Source: an uncultured Planctomycetota bacterium (GTDB taxonomy: Bacteria > Planctomycetota > Planctomycetia > Isosphaerales > Isosphaeraceae). From it: a DNA stretch of 64,000 bases. Made by a program: the position numbers and the translations under genes. Within the stretch, counting starts at the first letter, position 1. Each line of letters starts with the position of its first letter. Of the stretch, positions 59,709-64,000 are shown in pieces. The stretch is taken from contig CAWJTV010000011.1 in NCBI GenBank assembly GCA_963845755.1, forward strand, positions 512,001 through 576,000. Reading direction: 5' to 3'. The notes under the pieces are model-generated. The model searched no databases and had not been told where the DNA came from. It worked only from the letters and a program-made list of their open reading frames with translations.

Positions 59709-60372
59709 ATGGCCCAGGCGACGATCGAAGCTCCAAAGAACCGGACGCTGGCCGATCTTGTGAAGCGGCTTGGGAATATCCCGCTCGACCGGATCCGCAG
59801 CCAGCCTCCGCCCGGAACCGCCACGGAGAAAGACGTCATCGAGGTCGAACGGCGTGAGAACCGGAGCTGCGAATTAGTCGAACGGCACCTTGGTGGAGAA
59901 GCCCTTGGGTACGAAGGAAGGTTACATGGGCTGGCGGCTTGGCCACCTCCTGGGCACGTATCTCGATCAGAACGACATCGGAGTCGGTCTGGGCGCCGAC
60001 AGCATGATGCGGATCGCGCCGGGTCTGGTACGGATCCCCGACTTGTCGTTCGTCACGTGGGACAAGCTTCCGGACCGGATGCTCCCCGAGGAGCCGGTCG
60101 CCGGCTTGGTCCCCGACCTCGCCGTCGAGATCCTCAGCGAGGGCAACACCCCGGCCGAGATGAAGCGCAAGGTCGGCGAATACTTCAACGCTGGAGTCCG
60201 ACTCGTCTGGCTGATCGATCCCAGGAGGCGTGCGGCGCGGGTTTACACGGCTCCCAACCGATCGGTCGCGATCCGCGAGGACGAGTCGCTCGATGGCGGC
60301 GACGTCCTGCCGGGTTTCACGGTTTCCCTCGCCGAGTTGTTGCGACACGTCCCGCATCCGCGGAAGAAGTGA
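59709..60372 (+). CDS. Uma2/DUF820-family endonuclease 4 (frameshift near 59885)
   Basis: [18 protein letters not shown]...[53 protein letters not shown]. Confidence 0.9.
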
Positions 60373-60586
60373 CCGGCGTGCGTTCCGCCGGTTCGCAATC
60401 CTCGGCGGTCATCCGCGCTTGTCGGGAGACTTGTGCTATCTCGATAATAGAGGGATGGTTCGTCCGGTGAGGGCGTGTCCAGCCCATTCGGTCGCGGAGC
60501 GGCCCGAATCGAACTGGTTCGACCTGAGCGTCGAGCTGGGAGATTGCGCGCCGGACGAAGGGAGCAACGAGGGGAGAGTTCGAACC

Positions 60587-61903
60587 GTGAAGATTGCAGT
60601 CGTCGGGACGGGATACGTGGGGCTGGTGCAGGGGACCTGCCTGGCCGAGAGCGGCAACGACGTGGTGTGCGTCGACAAGATCGAGGCCAAGATCGAAGGC
60701 TTGAAGAACGGGCGGGTGCCGATCTACGAGCCGGGGCTGGGCGAGCTGGTCCACCGCAACATGCGCGACGGCCGGTTGACGTTCACGACCGACCTGGCCG
60801 CGGGGATCGCCGAGGCCGAGATCGTCTTCATCGCCGTGGGGACGCCGCAGGGCACGCACGGCGGCGCCGACCTGACCGGCGTCTGGGAGGTCGGCCGCCA
60901 GATCGCCTCGAACCTCCACTCCTCCAAGGTCATCGTGGTCAAGAGCACAGTCCCGGTCGGGACCAACGCCGAGCTGGGGCGGCGGATGGCCGAGGTCACC
61001 CAGGTCCCCTTCGACGTCGCCAGCAACCCCGAGTTCCTCAAGGAAGGTGCCGCGATCGACGACTTCAACAAGCCGGACCGCGTCGTCGTCGGCGTGCGGC
61101 GCGACGCGGTCGCCGATCGGCTGCACGAGCTCTATGCCCCGTTCCTCCGCACCGACCGGCCGTTCTTGATCATGACGCCCGAGAGCGCCGAGATGACCAA
61201 GTACGTCGCCAACTGCCTGCTGGCCACCAAGATCAGCTTCATCAACGAGATGGCCAACCTCTGCGAGGTCTACGGGGCCGATGTCAACGACGTGCGGCGC
61301 GGGATCGGCCACGACCAGCGGATCGGATTCCACTTCCTCTTCCCCGGCGTCGGCTACGGCGGCAGTTGCTTCCCCAAGGACATCCGCGCCGTGATCCACA
61401 TGGCCCAGTCGATGGGCCTGCCCGCGCGGATGATGGAGGCCGTCGACGAGGTCAACGAGGCCCAGAAGGATGTGCTCTTCCGCAAGATCCACCGGCACTT
61501 CGACGGCGCGCTCGAGGACAAGACCATCGCCGTCTGGGGCCTGGCGTTCAAGCCGCGCACCGACGACATCCGCGAGGCGCCCGCGATGGTCCTGATCGAG
61601 TCGCTCATCGCCGCCGGCGCGCAGCTCCGCCTGCACGACCCCGAGGCGCTGGCCAACGCCCGCCAGATCTACGGCGATCGGCTCGTCTACTGCGACCGCC
61701 CCTATGGCGCGCTCGAGCAGGCCGACGCCCTGGCCGTCGTCACCGAGTGGAACGAATTCCGCAGCCCGGACTTCGAGGTCATGCGCCGGCTGATGCGGCA
61801 GCCGGTCGTCTTCGACGGCCGCAATGTCTATGACCCCGCGCGCATGGCCGCACTGGGGTTCACCTATCACGGCGTGGGCCGGGCCTCGACCATCCAGGGA
61901 TGA
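60587..61903 (+). CDS. ugd: UDP-glucose 6-dehydrogenase
   Basis: [70 protein letters not shown]. Confidence 0.95.
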   Translation: MKIAVVGTGYVGLVQGTCLAESGNDVVCVDKIEAKIEGLKNGRVPIYEPGLGELVHRNMRDGRLTFTTDLAAGIAEAEIVFIAVGTPQGTHGGADLTGVWEVGRQIASNLHSSKVIVVKSTVPVGTNAELGRRMAEVTQVPFDVASNPEFLKEGAAIDDFNKPDRVVVGVRRDAVADRLHELYAPFLRTDRPFLIMTPESAEMTKYVANCLLATKISFINEMANLCEVYGADVNDVRRGIGHDQRIGFHFLFPGVGYGGSCFPKDIRAVIHMAQSMGLPARMMEAVDEVNEAQKDVLFRKIHRHFDGALEDKTIAVWGLAFKPRTDDIREAPAMVLIESLIAAGAQLRLHDPEALANARQIYGDRLVYCDRPYGALEQADALAVVTEWNEFRSPDFEVMRRLMRQPVVFDGRNVYDPARMAALGFTYHGVGRASTIQG

Positions 61904-61928
61904 CGATGCAGCTCGAGCGAGCGAGCCC

Positions 61929-63594
61929 TCACGCCGCGCGCACCCGGCTGCCCACGACCTGGGCGGCCAGGGGCGCCAGCGCGCCGGCGACCAGCACAAC
62001 CGGGATCATCAACAGACCGGTCAGCCGCAGATTCAAGCCGATAAACAGTCCGGGCAAGATCATCGCGTAGAGGATCAAGAGCGGGACGGCGCCCAGCCAC
62101 GATGCGAGCAGAGCGACCGTCCCGCACCGAGACACCAGGAACGCCACGGCCTGGCCGGCCAGGATTCCGAGTAAGGGCCAGAGGAACGCGTAGCTCGCGC
62201 CGGGCAGCCAGAGCGAGGTCGCCACGGTCACCGCCAGCCACCAGCCCAGGATGCCCAGGCCGAGGCCCTCCCACGACCCCCGCCGGCTCGCCCGGACGAA
62301 GACCGCCCCCGCCACCAGCACCGCCACCATCGAGAAGATCGGCAGGAGCGGGAATTCGAGCCCGATAAAGGGCACACCGAGGTTTAGCAGGATGTCGCGC
62401 ACGACGAACCAGAAAAGGTCGGCCGCAAGAATCGCCGCGACCAGGGACAGGAGGAAGGCCCCGAACCCGATCACGATTTCCACGATTCGGACACGTCCCC
62501 GCGCCAGGCCCAGCGCAATCACGACCAGGTACGCCAGCACGGCGATCCCCATCAGGGGGATCACCCACCTCATGGGATAGATCGCCACAAATCGCTGGAG
62601 CACCGAGAGGTAAACGACATCGTCACGACGGACGTCGTCGAGGTCGAGCCGGACCAGGTGCCGGGCCATCTCCAGCAGGTTCTCACCTTGATGCTGGAGC
62701 GCGCGCACGTCGAGATTCGCGGGCGTGTCTTCGGGCGAATGATAGGAATACAGCCCATCAATGAACGCGAAATTCAGTCCCGGCATGCCGTGTTTCTTGT
62801 AGATCGTGAAATCGGTATCGTTGGGCATGATCCGATAGACGGCGCCGGTCAGCGAGGTCGCCATGGGATGAGGGAGCGCCTGCGCGAGCTGCTCGATCAG
62901 CCAGCCGTTGCCCTCGCTGGTCTCGAACATGTACGACGGGCCGGAATTCCCCCGGGCGTCGAAATTCATCGCGACGCCGACGTCCTTGGCCCAGGGATGC
63001 TCCGCGGCGAAGACGTCGGCCCCGAGCAGGCCGGCTTCCTCGCCGTCGGTAAGGAGGGCGATCACGTCGCGCTCGGGCGGAGGGCCGGCCTTCAGCGCGC
63101 GGAGGGATTCCAGGATCGCCGCGACGCCCGAGGCATCATCGGCGGCTCCCGGGCCGCTGATGCGCGAGTCATAGTGGGCCGAGAGCAACAGCGCCTTCTT
63201 CCCGGCCGGCCCCGTACCGCGCCATCGGGCGACGATGTTCCGCACGTCGCGCCGGGACGGAGCCGATTTCGACTCGGGACCGAGTCGGGCGGGCATCGCG
63301 CGGCTGCTGGATCTCCGGCTCGAAGCCCAGCGCCTTCAGCTCGGCCATGATGTAGGCGCGCACCGGCTCCGCCGCGTCCGAGCCGAGTGGGTGCGGCTTC
63401 TGGGCGATCGCCTCGACGTGCTTCATGGCTCCCATCGCGGAGAAGATATCCGTCGCTTTTGCGGCCGACACCGCCGCAGGCGGCTGCTGGGCGGAGAGCG
63501 CGATCCCGCACACAACCGCCACGAAGACGACGGTTGCGGTCGCGGGCAGGAAACGCCGGGTCGCGGACAGCCCGTCCGGAGTGTTGCTCGTCAC
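61929..63594 (-). CDS. Membrane-anchored M28-family metallopeptidase (frameshift near 63290)
   Basis: LLSAHYDS, GAADDASGV, TDGEEAGLLGA, NFDARG, NDTDF, YHSPEDT followed by multiple TM segments. Confidence 0.9.
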
Positions 63595-63634
63595 GGCGGC
63601 GGCCTCACGGTTCTGGAGTTTCGATACGCCTGCC

Positions 63635-63883
63635 CTAGGCGGACTGCGCCGGCGACGACCCGGCCGGCTCCACCCGCAGCACATCCGCCAGGGGGACGGT
63701 GGTCATCCGGTCGAACATCGGTTCCGGATCGCCGCGCCGCGCCAGGCCGACGGCCACCGTGGTCCGGCCGATCACGGCCAGCTCCGGATGGCGGACTTCG
63801 AACGTCCGGCCATCGGTCAAGATGAGGCGGAACGGCCGGAAGGGCCGTTTGCGAAGGTGGTCTCGAAGCTCTTCCGGTCGCAT
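63635..63883 (-). CDS. Small hypothetical protein
   Basis: MRPEELRDHLRKRPFRPFRLILTDGRTFEVRHPE; GGAG RBS and TACAAT upstream. Confidence 0.75.
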   Translation of the reverse strand: MRPEELRDHLRKRPFRPFRLILTDGRTFEVRHPELAVIGRTTVAVGLARRGDPEPMFDRMTTVPLADVLRVEPAGSSPAQSA

Positions 63884-64000
63884 GGGCGAGGGTCTCCAGG
63901 GCGTTGATGGTCGGGGACATTGTACGACAACGCCCGCCGGGCGCCCATCGGAGACGCGCGGTGCCTTCGCGCTCGGAGGTCGATCGGCCGGTCACTCGCT

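Overview
GC-rich bacterial window. Gene content (DUF1559 prepilin-like gene, TIGR02999-type ECF sigma/Ser-Thr kinase pairs, BlaI/M56 pairs, many Uma2 genes, LExLEERxLL extracellular N-terminus) points to a planctomycete, probably Isosphaeraceae-like (inference). Most long genes, including carB and glgC, are split by single-base frameshifts, most likely long-read indel errors, so gene models are stitched across frames and coordinates are approximate. Contents in order: a blaI/M56 remnant, a large sedolisin (S53) plus glycine-rich protein, an alkaline phosphatase fusion, glgC, an organophosphorus-like cluster, three tandem ECF/kinase-WD40 pairs plus a kinase-TPR, an erythromycin-esterase-family protein, blaI/M56 disrupted by an ISKra4-like element, carB, four Uma2 genes, an ABC-2-type permease, ugd and an M28 peptidase. 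Four toxin-antitoxin pairs and several palindromic MITE/REP elements are interspersed. The most striking unexplained pattern: in at least four places (glgC, kinase 3, carB, permease) a roughly 1 kb TA or Uma2 cassette follows a gene and is itself followed by a second, more or less diverged copy of that gene's 3' end, with no integrase in the window.
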